Shown: one piece after another, positions 8,216-15,732 of the stretch | How positions within the stretch are numbered: position 1 is the stretch's first letter | Layout: every line of letters begins with the position of its first letter | Notes under the pieces: model-generated | What the model was told of the DNA's origin: nothing | What the model saw: the letters and a program-made list of their open reading frames with translations, nothing else | Database searches by the model: none | Program-made: the position numbers and the translations under genes | Source of the DNA: a virus | Taxonomy: Duplodnaviria; Caudoviricetes | Strand: one strand, 5' to 3' | Length of the DNA stretch: 26,290 bases | IMG/VR virus record: IMGVR_UViG_3300012971_000075 | Location: 1 to 26,290 of that record

Positions 8216-9352
8216 ATGTCGGGCAGCACCACGGAGTTATCGCTCGCGACCGCGGTCGACGCGGATGACAACGCGGATTATCTGACAATCAATCTGGCCA
8301 ACAGCTTGCGCACGCTGGACGGGCTGTTCAACAACGTCACCGGGCATACGCACGGTGGTGCACATCAGGGTGGGCCGATCACGCCGGCGGCCGGTTCGAT
8401 CACCTCGGCGATGATTGCCGACGGGACGATCGCCACGGCGGACCTGGCCAACAATGCGGTGACCAACGCCAAGCTCGGCACCGACACGGCGCGGCTGAAC
8501 CTGCTCACCAACGGCGGCTTCGAGATCTGGCAGCGGGGCAATGGGCCGTTCTCGGCGAACAATGCGTACACCGCTGATCGCTGGGCGATATCGCTGGGCG
8601 GGACATCGACTGTCAGTATTTCCAGAAATACCGTAAACCAGGACGCTGGATCGGTCGCTTGTGCTGCGATCACGTACACGCATAACGCGACATCGGCGCT
8701 CTATCAGAAGATTGAGGATGTTCGGCAACTCGCGGGCAAGACGATCAGCGTATCGGTGCGGGCCCAAACGAGTACGGCAAATGCCGTTCAGGTGACCGTT
8801 TCGGATGGTGTTGGCAGTGCGGCGAGTAGCTTTCATAGTGGCAGTGGCACCTATCAAACGCTCACGCTGACGTACACGGTTGCGAGCAATGCCACGTTTC
8901 TCAACATCAACATTGGTCTTTTTGCTTCATGCGTGGTCGTTGTGGACAACGCCATGCTGGTGGTGGGCTCGGTGCCGACCGACTACGCCCCGCTCCACCC
9001 GGCCGACGACTTGGCGCGGTGCCTGCGCTACTACGAAACGATTGGAGCGTCTGGCGGCAATTCAATATTTCCGGCGTTTGTGTACGGCACGACCGTGGCG
9101 GGTTGGATGTGGCCGTTCAAGGTGCAGAAGGCCGTTGCACCGACCATCACGACTACCCCTGCGGCCACCTTTGCCGTGTTAGGGGCCACCGCCACCAACA
9201 TCGCGGGGACTTCGATCTCGACAGCCATTCTTTCGGTTGACAAGGTCCAGGGACAGTGCTCGGTGGCTTCGGGACTTGTCGCAGGCAACGCCTCGTTTCT
9301 CTCAGCAGCAACAGGTCAAACAGCGGTTATCTATGCGGAGGCGAATCCTTGA
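8216..9352 (+). CDS. Tail fibre / receptor-binding protein with carbohydrate-binding-like domain
   Basis: AAGGAG RBS; 'GHTHGG', 'ITSAMIADGTIATADLANNAVTNAKL' repeats, 'NLLTNGGFEIWQRG' and 'DDLARCLRYYE' fibre motifs. Confidence 0.85.
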   Translation: MSGSTTELSLATAVDADDNADYLTINLANSLRTLDGLFNNVTGHTHGGAHQGGPITPAAGSITSAMIADGTIATADLANNAVTNAKLGTDTARLNLLTNGGFEIWQRGNGPFSANNAYTADRWAISLGGTSTVSISRNTVNQDAGSVACAAITYTHNATSALYQKIEDVRQLAGKTISVSVRAQTSTANAVQVTVSDGVGSAASSFHSGSGTYQTLTLTYTVASNATFLNINIGLFASCVVVVDNAMLVVGSVPTDYAPLHPADDLARCLRYYETIGASGGNSIFPAFVYGTTVAGWMWPFKVQKAVAPTITTTPAATFAVLGATATNIAGTSISTAILSVDKVQGQCSVASGLVAGNASFLSAATGQTAVIYAEANP

Positions 9353-9402
9353 GCATCTACGTTGCATCGTTTACCAGCGCGAATTCTTGGGACTAGACGT
9401 GT

Positions 9403-9771
9403 ATGAGTGTATTTGTTTCAGACTTCAATGGAGCTGGCGGAACCTGGGTCATAACCCACGATGATGCGTACGGCGGTGGGCACGGCGGCACCATCGACCC
9501 GGCCACCGTCAAGCACACCGTCGGCATCGATGGAACCGAAGATCACAACTTTCTGGTGATCCAGTGTCCGGTGTGCGACTCCGTTTCCACCCACCCGGTG
9601 GGCGGCGGCGCGCAGCCGCAGAGTGTGCAGCAGATGTTCGTCAACAAGGTCGACGCCAACGGGTGCGTGTGCGGCCAGGTCCAGTCCGCCGACCCGACGT
9701 CACTCGGAGAATCGCACGTCAGGCTCCAGGTCAACAGGCAGCTCGGTCCAGGTCGTTGGCAATTGGGGTAA
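9403..9771 (+). CDS. Hypothetical protein with CPVC/CVC motifs
   Basis: 122 aa, operon-packed, phage-like codon use after the first ~20 codons. Confidence 0.7.
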   Translation: MSVFVSDFNGAGGTWVITHDDAYGGGHGGTIDPATVKHTVGIDGTEDHNFLVIQCPVCDSVSTHPVGGGAQPQSVQQMFVNKVDANGCVCGQVQSADPTSLGESHVRLQVNRQLGPGRWQLG

Positions 9772-9775
9772 GGAG

Positions 9776-9988
9776 ATGACCGACACAGAGTTCCAGTTCA
9801 AGGTGGTGTACGTCGATCCGGGTGACGGATTGATCGTCGGCATGGAACCCTCCGGCGGCGCGGTCGGCAGCGCGCACAAGGTCGCGGTGCTGTTCGACCA
9901 GGCCGAGTACGAGACGCTCATGCGCACCGAGCCGGCGTATCTCTCCGCGGACAAGTCGAAGATCCTGGCGGCGCCGGATCACGCATGA
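9776..9988 (+). CDS. Hypothetical protein (70 aa)
   Basis: TAAGGAG RBS before ATG 9776; ATGA overlap with the next gene. Confidence 0.7.
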   Translation: MTDTEFQFKVVYVDPGDGLIVGMEPSGGAVGSAHKVAVLFDQAEYETLMRTEPAYLSADKSKILAAPDHA

Positions 9989-10227
9989 GTGCCGGTTCGT
10001 ACATCGACGACGTGCTCTGGGCGGCAGCCATCGGCGACGGCAATTTCAACCCCGACAGCGCCATCTACAAGTATTGGCGCTCGTTGCGCCAGGCTGACCC
10101 GCCGCAGTACCTAGGCGTGCCCGTGACGCCCGAAATTCAAACCGAGGTGGGCACCCAGCAGGGGTTCAGCTCCGGATGTGTTCTCGGGTGGGATCCTGTA
10201 AATGGGGCCTATATTGCCAACGGCTGA
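9985..10227 (+). CDS. Small protein with LGFP-repeat-like segment
   Basis: 'AIYKYWRSL...YLGVPVTPEI...QQGFSSGCVLGWDP' resembles an LGFP repeat; adjacent to the peptidase. Confidence 0.6.
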   Translation: MSAGSYIDDVLWAAAIGDGNFNPDSAIYKYWRSLRQADPPQYLGVPVTPEIQTEVGTQQGFSSGCVLGWDPVNGAYIANG

Positions 10228-10295
10228 CGATTACGGTAATCATACGAGCGGTGCGGTGATCAACTGGAATCAGGACACCGGCGCCGAGCTGGCGA

Positions 10296-10871
10296 ATGGT
10301 TAGCGTCGGCGTTACCTGGGCTCCCGTTTCGCCGTGGCTCCCTGCCAGCCAGGAGCCGTATCCGCCTGAGCCGCAGCCGGGGCCGATCGGGTGCACGTAC
10401 GACCAGACGACGCCGGCAGTCATCCAGACCGCGGACTGGACGTGCAGTTGCGCCTCGAGCGCGTGGCTGCTCAACAGCCTAGGCGATGATCGGCTGGGAC
10501 GAGCGTGGAACGAGTGGGACGTGGTAGATCACTTGCGCGCCGCGACGTACCCCGGTGCGGTCGATCCAGCCTACGGACTCGCGCGGGCGGACATGTACGA
10601 CCTGCAGACGATGTTCGAGTCGCTCGGCTACACGGTGCAGCGCAAACAGTATCTGAGTGTCGATGACGTGGTGCGGGTCGCGGGTATCTATCCACTCCAG
10701 GTCAACGGGGCGCGTTGGTATCACCATTCGGGTGCGCGCGCGCTTGGACCGGGCGTGCTCTACCTGGCCAACCCGGCGCCCAGTTGGAAGGGGGTCGGAC
10801 AGGAGATGGACGCCAGCGAGGCCGCAAGTTGGGGTTCGTGGAATGGCATGTGGGTGATCGCGAAGGGATGA
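10296..10871 (+). CDS. C39-like papain-fold peptidase, candidate endolysin
   Basis: 'QTADWTCSCASSAWLL' (Gln/Cys), 'WYHHSGAR' (His), 'LYLANPA'; precedes two membrane proteins. Confidence 0.7.
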   Translation: MVSVGVTWAPVSPWLPASQEPYPPEPQPGPIGCTYDQTTPAVIQTADWTCSCASSAWLLNSLGDDRLGRAWNEWDVVDHLRAATYPGAVDPAYGLARADMYDLQTMFESLGYTVQRKQYLSVDDVVRVAGIYPLQVNGARWYHHSGARALGPGVLYLANPAPSWKGVGQEMDASEAASWGSWNGMWVIAKG

Positions 10872-10872
10872 T

Positions 10873-11091
10873 GTGCCAGACGAGTCGCCCGCCGAGTATA
10901 GAAACGGCCGCGACTCGGGCATGTCCATCGAGCTAGCGGTGTCGATTCGCTACAACCGCGTGCGGCCGGACACGAAGGGGGACCGTGTCGAGAGCCGCAT
11001 CGACTCGCTGGCATTGATCGTGATCGGTTCGGTGGTGACCGGCATCATCCTGTTGTTCTTAGTGCCGAAGATCCTGGCGGCTTTGCCATAG
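10873..11091 (+). CDS. Membrane protein with one C-terminal TM helix (lysis module)
   Basis: 'LALIVIGSVVTGIILLFLVPKIL'; start uncertain. Confidence 0.55.
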   Translation: MPDESPAEYRNGRDSGMSIELAVSIRYNRVRPDTKGDRVESRIDSLALIVIGSVVTGIILLFLVPKILAALP

Positions 11092-11102
11092 GGGAGGAGC
11101 GT

Positions 11103-11255
11103 ATGCAAATCGGTTCGTACACCTTAGGCATCGGCGGGATCCTGGCGATTCTGGTGATCATCTTCGCCGTGCTGGGCTTGGTGGGCGTGCTGCCGTTCAG
11201 CGCGACGGTGGTGTTCGCTCTGATCGCGGTCCTTGCAGTGGCAAGGCTGACGTAG
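11103..11255 (+). CDS. Two-TM small membrane protein, holin candidate
   Basis: Strong RBS GGGGAGGAG; manual translation MQIGSYTLGIGGILAILVIIFAVLGLVGVLPFSATVVFALIAVLAVARLT. Confidence 0.7.
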   Translation: MQIGSYTLGIGGILAILVIIFAVLGLVGVLPFSATVVFALIAVLAVARLT

Positions 11256-11290
11256 ACTGGTCCTGCCCGGAAACGGCAACCCACGGCGCG

Positions 11291-11333
11291 AGCCCCCAGC
11301 CCGAGAGACAACGGCTACTGGGGGCTTTCGTTT
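11291..11333 (+). terminator. Putative intrinsic terminator ending the late operon
   Basis: AGCCCCCAG...CTGGGGGCT 9-bp stem followed by TTCGTTT, where the late and leftward units converge. Confidence 0.6.
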
Positions 11334-11578
11334 GCCCGCAGGCGCACGATCTCGCTCATGGCGGTTTCGAGTTCTTCGGTCTTGCGTTGTAGTGCCGTCT
11401 TGAGCCACTGGTTCTCGGCGCGTAGCCGCCCAACCTCGGCCAGGTCCGCCTGCCGTAGCTGCTTTTCGATGGCATACACCCTGTTAAGCTCAGCGATCTC
11501 GGCGCGGAGTTCGTCGCGCTCACGACGCACGTCATCAAGTTTGTCGAGCGTAATCTGGTGAGCGGACTTGCTAGTCAC
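11315..11578 (-). CDS. Coiled-coil hypothetical protein
   Basis: Heptad-like 'VRRERDELRAEIAELNR...EVGRLRAENQWLK'; GTG at 11578 chosen. Confidence 0.6.
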   Translation of the reverse strand: MTSKSAHQITLDKLDDVRRERDELRAEIAELNRVYAIEKQLRQADLAEVGRLRAENQWLKTALQRKTEELETAMSEIVRLRANESPQ

Positions 11579-11595
11579 AATTGTTCTTATCTTTA

Positions 11596-11844
11596 TCAAG
11601 AGGGCCTGACGAACTTGTCGACCAGTGTAACGATGGCGATCGCTACGCCAACGATACCCAGCAGTCGCCACGTCAGGCTCGTCTCGAGTTGAGAGATGCG
11701 TGCGTCCAGATAGTCGCGATCGGCTTTCCGACTGACATCGAAGTACTCGCGTGTGACGACGTGTTCGTCTCGCGAGGCAATGGCCTCAGCCTGCTCTTGA
11801 GTCAGGCCGGCGTTGCGCATCTTGTGCAGCCAGTCGATGGTCAC
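11596..11844 (-). CDS. DUF1640/CCDC90-like coiled-coil protein with C-terminal TM anchor
   Basis: 'MRNAGLTQEQAEAI...VTREYFD...LETSLTWRLLGIVGVAIAIV'. Confidence 0.7.
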   Translation of the reverse strand: MTIDWLHKMRNAGLTQEQAEAIASRDEHVVTREYFDVSRKADRDYLDARISQLETSLTWRLLGIVGVAIAIVTLVDKFVRPS

Positions 11845-12095
11845 GGCGAGCCATTCTGCCCGGGCTTGCGAATCTGCTCTTCGATGCGCGTCAAGCGTTG
11901 AACGACGTCAGGCAGGATGTCGTTGAGCAGATCTCGGATCTCGAGAACGACCACGCGGGACCCTTCGAGTTCGTCCTCAAGTCGATTCAGCCGCGTCTCG
12001 ATGCGATCGAGACGTCGGTCCATACGGTCAAGGACCTGCGCCTGATTATCCAGACGTCGTTCAAGCTCAGGGTGGCGATGTGTCGTCTCAGTCAT
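11841..12095 (-). CDS. Coiled-coil hypothetical protein
   Basis: 'LDRMDRRLDRIETRLNRLEDEL' heptads; GTGA overlap with the next gene. Confidence 0.65.
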   Translation of the reverse strand: MTETTHRHPELERRLDNQAQVLDRMDRRLDRIETRLNRLEDELEGSRVVVLEIRDLLNDILPDVVQRLTRIEEQIRKPGQNGSP

Positions 12096-12096
12096 C

Positions 12097-12546
12097 TCAG
12101 TACTTCCGCGTGGGGATGGTCCGTGCCCACGCCAGCAGATCTTCCTTAATGTACCGCTTCCAGCGCCCGTCTTGAATGAACGGGCAGCCTGGCACCGCGA
12201 CCACGAAGTACTCAAAGCGTCGGAGCGGCATGCTCAGGTACGCCGCAGCTTGCTGCGTCGTCAGGAACGGCGAGTCGGGCGCGGCGAAGCGTCCGGCCTC
12301 TTCCTCAGTGCGACGCTGCGCGGTGCGGTGCGCGCGCTCGGTCTCCAGCGGCGGCATGCCAAATTTATGCAGATAGCGGCGTAGCACCAGGTCGACCAGC
12401 CCGATGCGCTGGGCGATCAGGTGACGGTAGGGGCGCTGCCCGCTCTGTTCGATCTCCTGGCGAGCGCGGAAGATGGCGTAGTCGAGGTCGGAGCGGGTAG
12501 CGAAGCGCGGCGCCCGACCACCCTGCTTACCCGCGTGACGAGCCAT
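12097..12546 (-). CDS. DNA-binding protein with C-terminal excisionase-like HTH
   Basis: 'FLTTQQAAAYLSMPLRRF...GRWKRYIKEDLLAW'; adjacent to the att-like region. Confidence 0.75.
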   Translation of the reverse strand: MARHAGKQGGRAPRFATRSDLDYAIFRARQEIEQSGQRPYRHLIAQRIGLVDLVLRRYLHKFGMPPLETERAHRTAQRRTEEEAGRFAAPDSPFLTTQQAAAYLSMPLRRFEYFVVAVPGCPFIQDGRWKRYIKEDLLAWARTIPTRKY

Positions 12547-12632
12547 AGATGTGTCGTCTCATGACCCAATGGTACGAACTGTGACAGGTTAGAGTCCACT
12601 AATCAAAACGTGCCGTCATTTAAGCTGCCTGG

Positions 12633-12873
12633 TGAGTGCTAGTTTTGAGTGTTAGTGAAATGGTCTAGGGGATCACAGGTTCGAGTCCAATATGCTCCAC
12701 CGTGACTGGTTGTGAGATCAAATGTGACGATCGTGTGATCTGAGCTTCAGGTCCAATTTGGCCGAAAAAGGCCGAATCACACTTACACCGAGGAGACACA
12801 TCGGCAGAATGCATCTCAAGAATCGGTCAACTAGGCCGACTCCCGCAGATTTGAGTGCTACGTTTGAGTGCGA
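12633..12873. mobile_element. Putative attP: paired arm-type repeats flanking a tRNA-3'-half-like core
   Basis: TGAGTGCTAGTTTTGAGTGTTA (12633-12654) and TGAGTGCTACGTTTGAGTGCGA (12852-12873) flank GGTTCGAGTCC...CTCCACC (about 12678-12701); non-coding, AT-richer, ~1.3 kb from the integrase. Confidence 0.6.
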
Positions 12874-12878
12874 TCTGA

Positions 12879-12952
12879 GGGCGCGTAGCTCAGTAGGTCA
12901 GAGCGCGCGGTTTACACCCGCGAGGTCGGCTGTTCGAGCCAGCCCGCGCCCA
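12879..12952 (+). tRNA. tRNA-Val (anticodon UAC), CCA not encoded
   Basis: Cloverleaf: GGGCGCG/CGCGCCC acceptor, GCTC/GAGC D stem, CGCGG-TTTACAC-CCGCG anticodon arm, GGCTG-TTCGAGC-CAGCC T arm, discriminator A. Confidence 0.93.
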
Positions 12953-14020
12953 CTAACGCCGGCGACGATTCGTCCGCTGACGACGGGCTTCGTCCGCCTG
13001 TTGCTTCGCGAGGTCAGCACGCTTCTGATCCGTGCGTGATGGGGTAATGCGACAGCGCAGCCCATTCCAGACGAAGTTCTGAACACCCCGCAAATGCTCG
13101 CGCACGTGCACTTCTTCTTCGGGCTTGGATGCTACGGCCCGCCAATGCTCGGCGACCCAGTGCCGCAAAGCGAGTCGACGATCCTTGCCTTCAGGGATAT
13201 CACGCAAGCGGAAGACTTCGGCCGCTCCACGCGACGTGGTGGGTAATTCAAGACCTGGCTGTCCTTCCAAACCTAGATATACGCGCCATTGCTGAAGCCG
13301 CTGCTTGGCTAGAAAGACACCCAAGAGCGCTCTGCTCGACAGGTCTTCGTCATACTCGTGAGAATGGTCGAAGGTCTCCTTACCTGAGGCCCACCCTGTC
13401 AATGTGCGATGGATGGGCACCCAACGCCCTGGCCCGGAGCGTCCATACCAAACCGCAAATGCTGAAGCCTGTAAGGGCTCCGCCATCAGCATCTCCATTG
13501 GCCAGGGGAGGGCAACAGTTACCCGCCCACGCGTCTCCTGGGGACGCAGACCGCGGTAACGCATCAAAACCCAGCGCTTCTCTGTCTCGGGGATCTGGTC
13601 ACCCGTGAATTGCGTGATGATGCGTACATCAAGTGGCCATTCAACCTGCCAGGGTTCGGGCATCTCGTCGCCCTCCCAGCCCACCACGCCCCCATGCAGT
13701 GCGGCGTCCACAAAGGGTTCGGCACCATCGAAATCCCAGGCAGTGATGCGCTTGCCTGAGTGGAGCACATTGCGAGACGCGATCGAGAACTCAGGTGCCT
13801 GATAGAGCCAGTCCAACACACGCTCGATCAACTCGATTCGTCCTGAGTCGCGTGCCTCGCAGGCTGGACATACGTGACGGCCAACATTGGTGCGTACTGC
13901 AGATGCCGGGATCTTCAGGCCGCAAGCCGTTTGCTCCTGGACGGGCAGATGGTCGAGGCCGGCCTTACCAAAGCGCACAAAGACAATGCTTTCGCTGAGC
14001 AATGGGTGATGTTCGCTCAT
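12953..14020 (-). CDS. Hypothetical protein (355 aa), accessory gene downstream of the integrase
   Basis: GAGGT RBS; N-terminal H/C...CPAC; C-terminal 'HWVAEHWR...HVREHLRG'; more AT-rich codon use than neighbours. Confidence 0.75.
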   Translation of the reverse strand: MSEHHPLLSESIVFVRFGKAGLDHLPVQEQTACGLKIPASAVRTNVGRHVCPACEARDSGRIELIERVLDWLYQAPEFSIASRNVLHSGKRITAWDFDGAEPFVDAALHGGVVGWEGDEMPEPWQVEWPLDVRIITQFTGDQIPETEKRWVLMRYRGLRPQETRGRVTVALPWPMEMLMAEPLQASAFAVWYGRSGPGRWVPIHRTLTGWASGKETFDHSHEYDEDLSSRALLGVFLAKQRLQQWRVYLGLEGQPGLELPTTSRGAAEVFRLRDIPEGKDRRLALRHWVAEHWRAVASKPEEEVHVREHLRGVQNFVWNGLRCRITPSRTDQKRADLAKQQADEARRQRTNRRRR

Positions 14021-14039
14021 CCGACTTACCTCTTAGGGG

Positions 14040-14132
14040 TCACTCGCGCAGATAGCTGAGCACGAGCAGGACTAGGCAGCCCATGATGCCGAAGCCAGCG
14101 AAGATCAGCACGATGCTCGACGGATCGTTCAC
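14040..14132 (-). CDS. 30-aa single-TM peptide
   Basis: GTGA overlap with the integrase stop; MNDPSSIVLIFAGFGIMGCLVLLVLSYLRE. Confidence 0.55.
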   Translation of the reverse strand: MNDPSSIVLIFAGFGIMGCLVLLVLSYLRE

Positions 14133-15346
14133 CGCAACCTTCCGACCAGGCGATCCATGGGCGCCGTCGCCTCGCGCAACATCTCCAGCTCGAACCCGGT
14201 GTAGTGGTTGCGCGTCACATCCACGCGCGTGTGGCCCATGACTTTGGCTACCTTGTCGATGTTCTGCCCGGCGTCCTGGCTGTACGTGCTGAAGTTGAAG
14301 CGCAGCTTGTGCGGCGTCAGGCTCAGATCTTCGATGCCCACCTCAGCGCACATCCTGGCGAACCAGCGGTTCAGCCCGCGCGGCTCGTGCATCTTGCCAT
14401 CCTCGTTGGGGAAGACCCACGCTGCCCCTTCGGCCGGCTTGCGGGATCCGGTCCAGCGTGGGCCTCTGGCCATGCACTCGTCGCGCAAGCGCTGCTGCTG
14501 CTCGCGCAGGATCTGGGCAACCTCCTCGTTGAAGGGCACCTCGCGCTCGCCGGTCTCGCCGTGCATCTTGACTCCGTCGCGGGCGACCAGGCCCAGCCCG
14601 CGGATGCGGTTCACTCGCCTGCGCACGGTGATCACGCCACGGGGAAAGTCGACGTCGCGCCACTGCAGGCCGAGCGCTTCCTGGCGGCGTACGCCGGTGG
14701 CCAGCGTGAGCTGCACCAGCCCGGCCAGGCGCTCTGTGCGCACGCGCTCGAGCAGACGCTGTAGATCGGCCAGGCTGGTGGCTTTCTTGCGCTTTCGGTG
14801 GGCCTTCGGAGGTTTGACGCCGAGCAGCGGGTTGCGGCTCAGGCCGAAAGTGCGCGGTCGCGAGCAGGCAAAGCCGAGCGCGGTCTGCATCTGGGATAGC
14901 AGCATGCCGATCGCCACGCGGCCGGCGCCATCCTTGACGCGCTGATCGCGCCACGCCTCGAAATCCTCCTCGTTCAGCTCGCCGAGGGCCTGCCCGGCAA
15001 TCGCGAACGGACGCACGTGCCGGTCGAACGAACGGCGGTACTCGCTGGCCGTCGTGGCTTCCCAGTCTTCGGCGTTGTGGGCCAGCCAGCGGTCGTAGCA
15101 CGTGGCCAGCGTGATGCGCGGCGCCTGCGTCGAACGCGTCTGCACGGGGTCGATCAGACCGTCGGCCACGTCTCTCAAGTACTGCTGGTATTTGTCTTTA
15201 GCCGCCTCGAGGGTCTGCGCCTGAAACTTCAGCGGCCGGTGGCCGCGACCGCGGTACAGCGGCACGACCCAGCGCTTGCCGTCGAAGTAGGGGCGGGGAT
15301 GCGTATTGGGTTGGCGACCAGGTCGTTGGGTAGTATTGCTCTGCAC
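14129..15346 (-). CDS. int: Tyrosine integrase
   Basis: 'LATGVRRQEALGLQWRDVDF' (Arg), 'TPHKLRFNF' (HxxR), 'MGHTRVDVTRNHYT' (His, Tyr); AAAGGAG before GTG 15346. Confidence 0.95.
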   Translation of the reverse strand: MQSNTTQRPGRQPNTHPRPYFDGKRWVVPLYRGRGHRPLKFQAQTLEAAKDKYQQYLRDVADGLIDPVQTRSTQAPRITLATCYDRWLAHNAEDWEATTASEYRRSFDRHVRPFAIAGQALGELNEEDFEAWRDQRVKDGAGRVAIGMLLSQMQTALGFACSRPRTFGLSRNPLLGVKPPKAHRKRKKATSLADLQRLLERVRTERLAGLVQLTLATGVRRQEALGLQWRDVDFPRGVITVRRRVNRIRGLGLVARDGVKMHGETGEREVPFNEEVAQILREQQQRLRDECMARGPRWTGSRKPAEGAAWVFPNEDGKMHEPRGLNRWFARMCAEVGIEDLSLTPHKLRFNFSTYSQDAGQNIDKVAKVMGHTRVDVTRNHYTGFELEMLREATAPMDRLVGRLR

Positions 15347-15390
15347 GAGGGCGTCGTCTCCTTTCGTGCCACGCGCGGGTCGGTTTCCAT

Positions 15391-15501
15391 CAGTCGCCGA
15401 GCCTGCGCACAGCGCCCCGGTGTGGATTGGTCTCCACATGAAGCCGGGGCGCACCCGTGTCCGGGTGCAGCGCCGACTGTATCGCACTCAGGTTGAGCGC
15501 G
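15391..15501 (-). ncRNA. Candidate structured RNA leader upstream of int
   Basis: Nested stems CAGTCG/CGACTG, GCGCCCCGG/CCGGGGCGC, TGTGGA/TCCACA, GCACCCG/CGGGTGC and a further hairpin at 15483-15501. Confidence 0.5.
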
Positions 15502-15513
15502 GATTGAGCAGAC

Positions 15514-15732
15514 CTACTCGGGCGGCGGGCGCTGCAACTGGTGCGGCTTGATGTGCAGTACACGCGCGAAGGCCTGCAGCGTGGAGGGGAAGACCTCCTT
15601 GCCGGCCTCGGCGTTGTGCACCGTGGAGGACGAGACGCCGGCCAGCTCGGCGAGATCCTCCTGGGAGAGGCCGGCGCGCAGCCGCCAGTGGCGTAAATAC
15701 GGCAAGCGCAGATACGACACCGGCACGACCAT
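15514..15732 (-). CDS. XRE-family HTH regulator (repressor-like, no peptidase domain)
   Basis: 'LRHWRLRAGLSQEDLAELAGVSSSTVHNAEAGK...TLQAFARVL'. Confidence 0.9.
   Translation of the reverse strand: MVVPVSYLRLPYLRHWRLRAGLSQEDLAELAGVSSSTVHNAEAGKEVFPSTLQAFARVLHIKPHQLQRPPPE

Noticed and set aside
8216-9352. Diversity-generating retroelement acting on the tail fibre
   Set aside because: No reverse transcriptase and no template/variable repeat pair seen in the window.
12630-12701. Second functional tRNA gene
   Set aside because: Only a T-loop and 3' end are recognisable; no D or anticodon arm, and the T stem is mismatched.
15360-15395. Hammerhead ribozyme (CUGAUGG...GAAA on the minus strand)
   Set aside because: Core deviates from CUGANGA and the required stem II and cleavage triplet could not be built.
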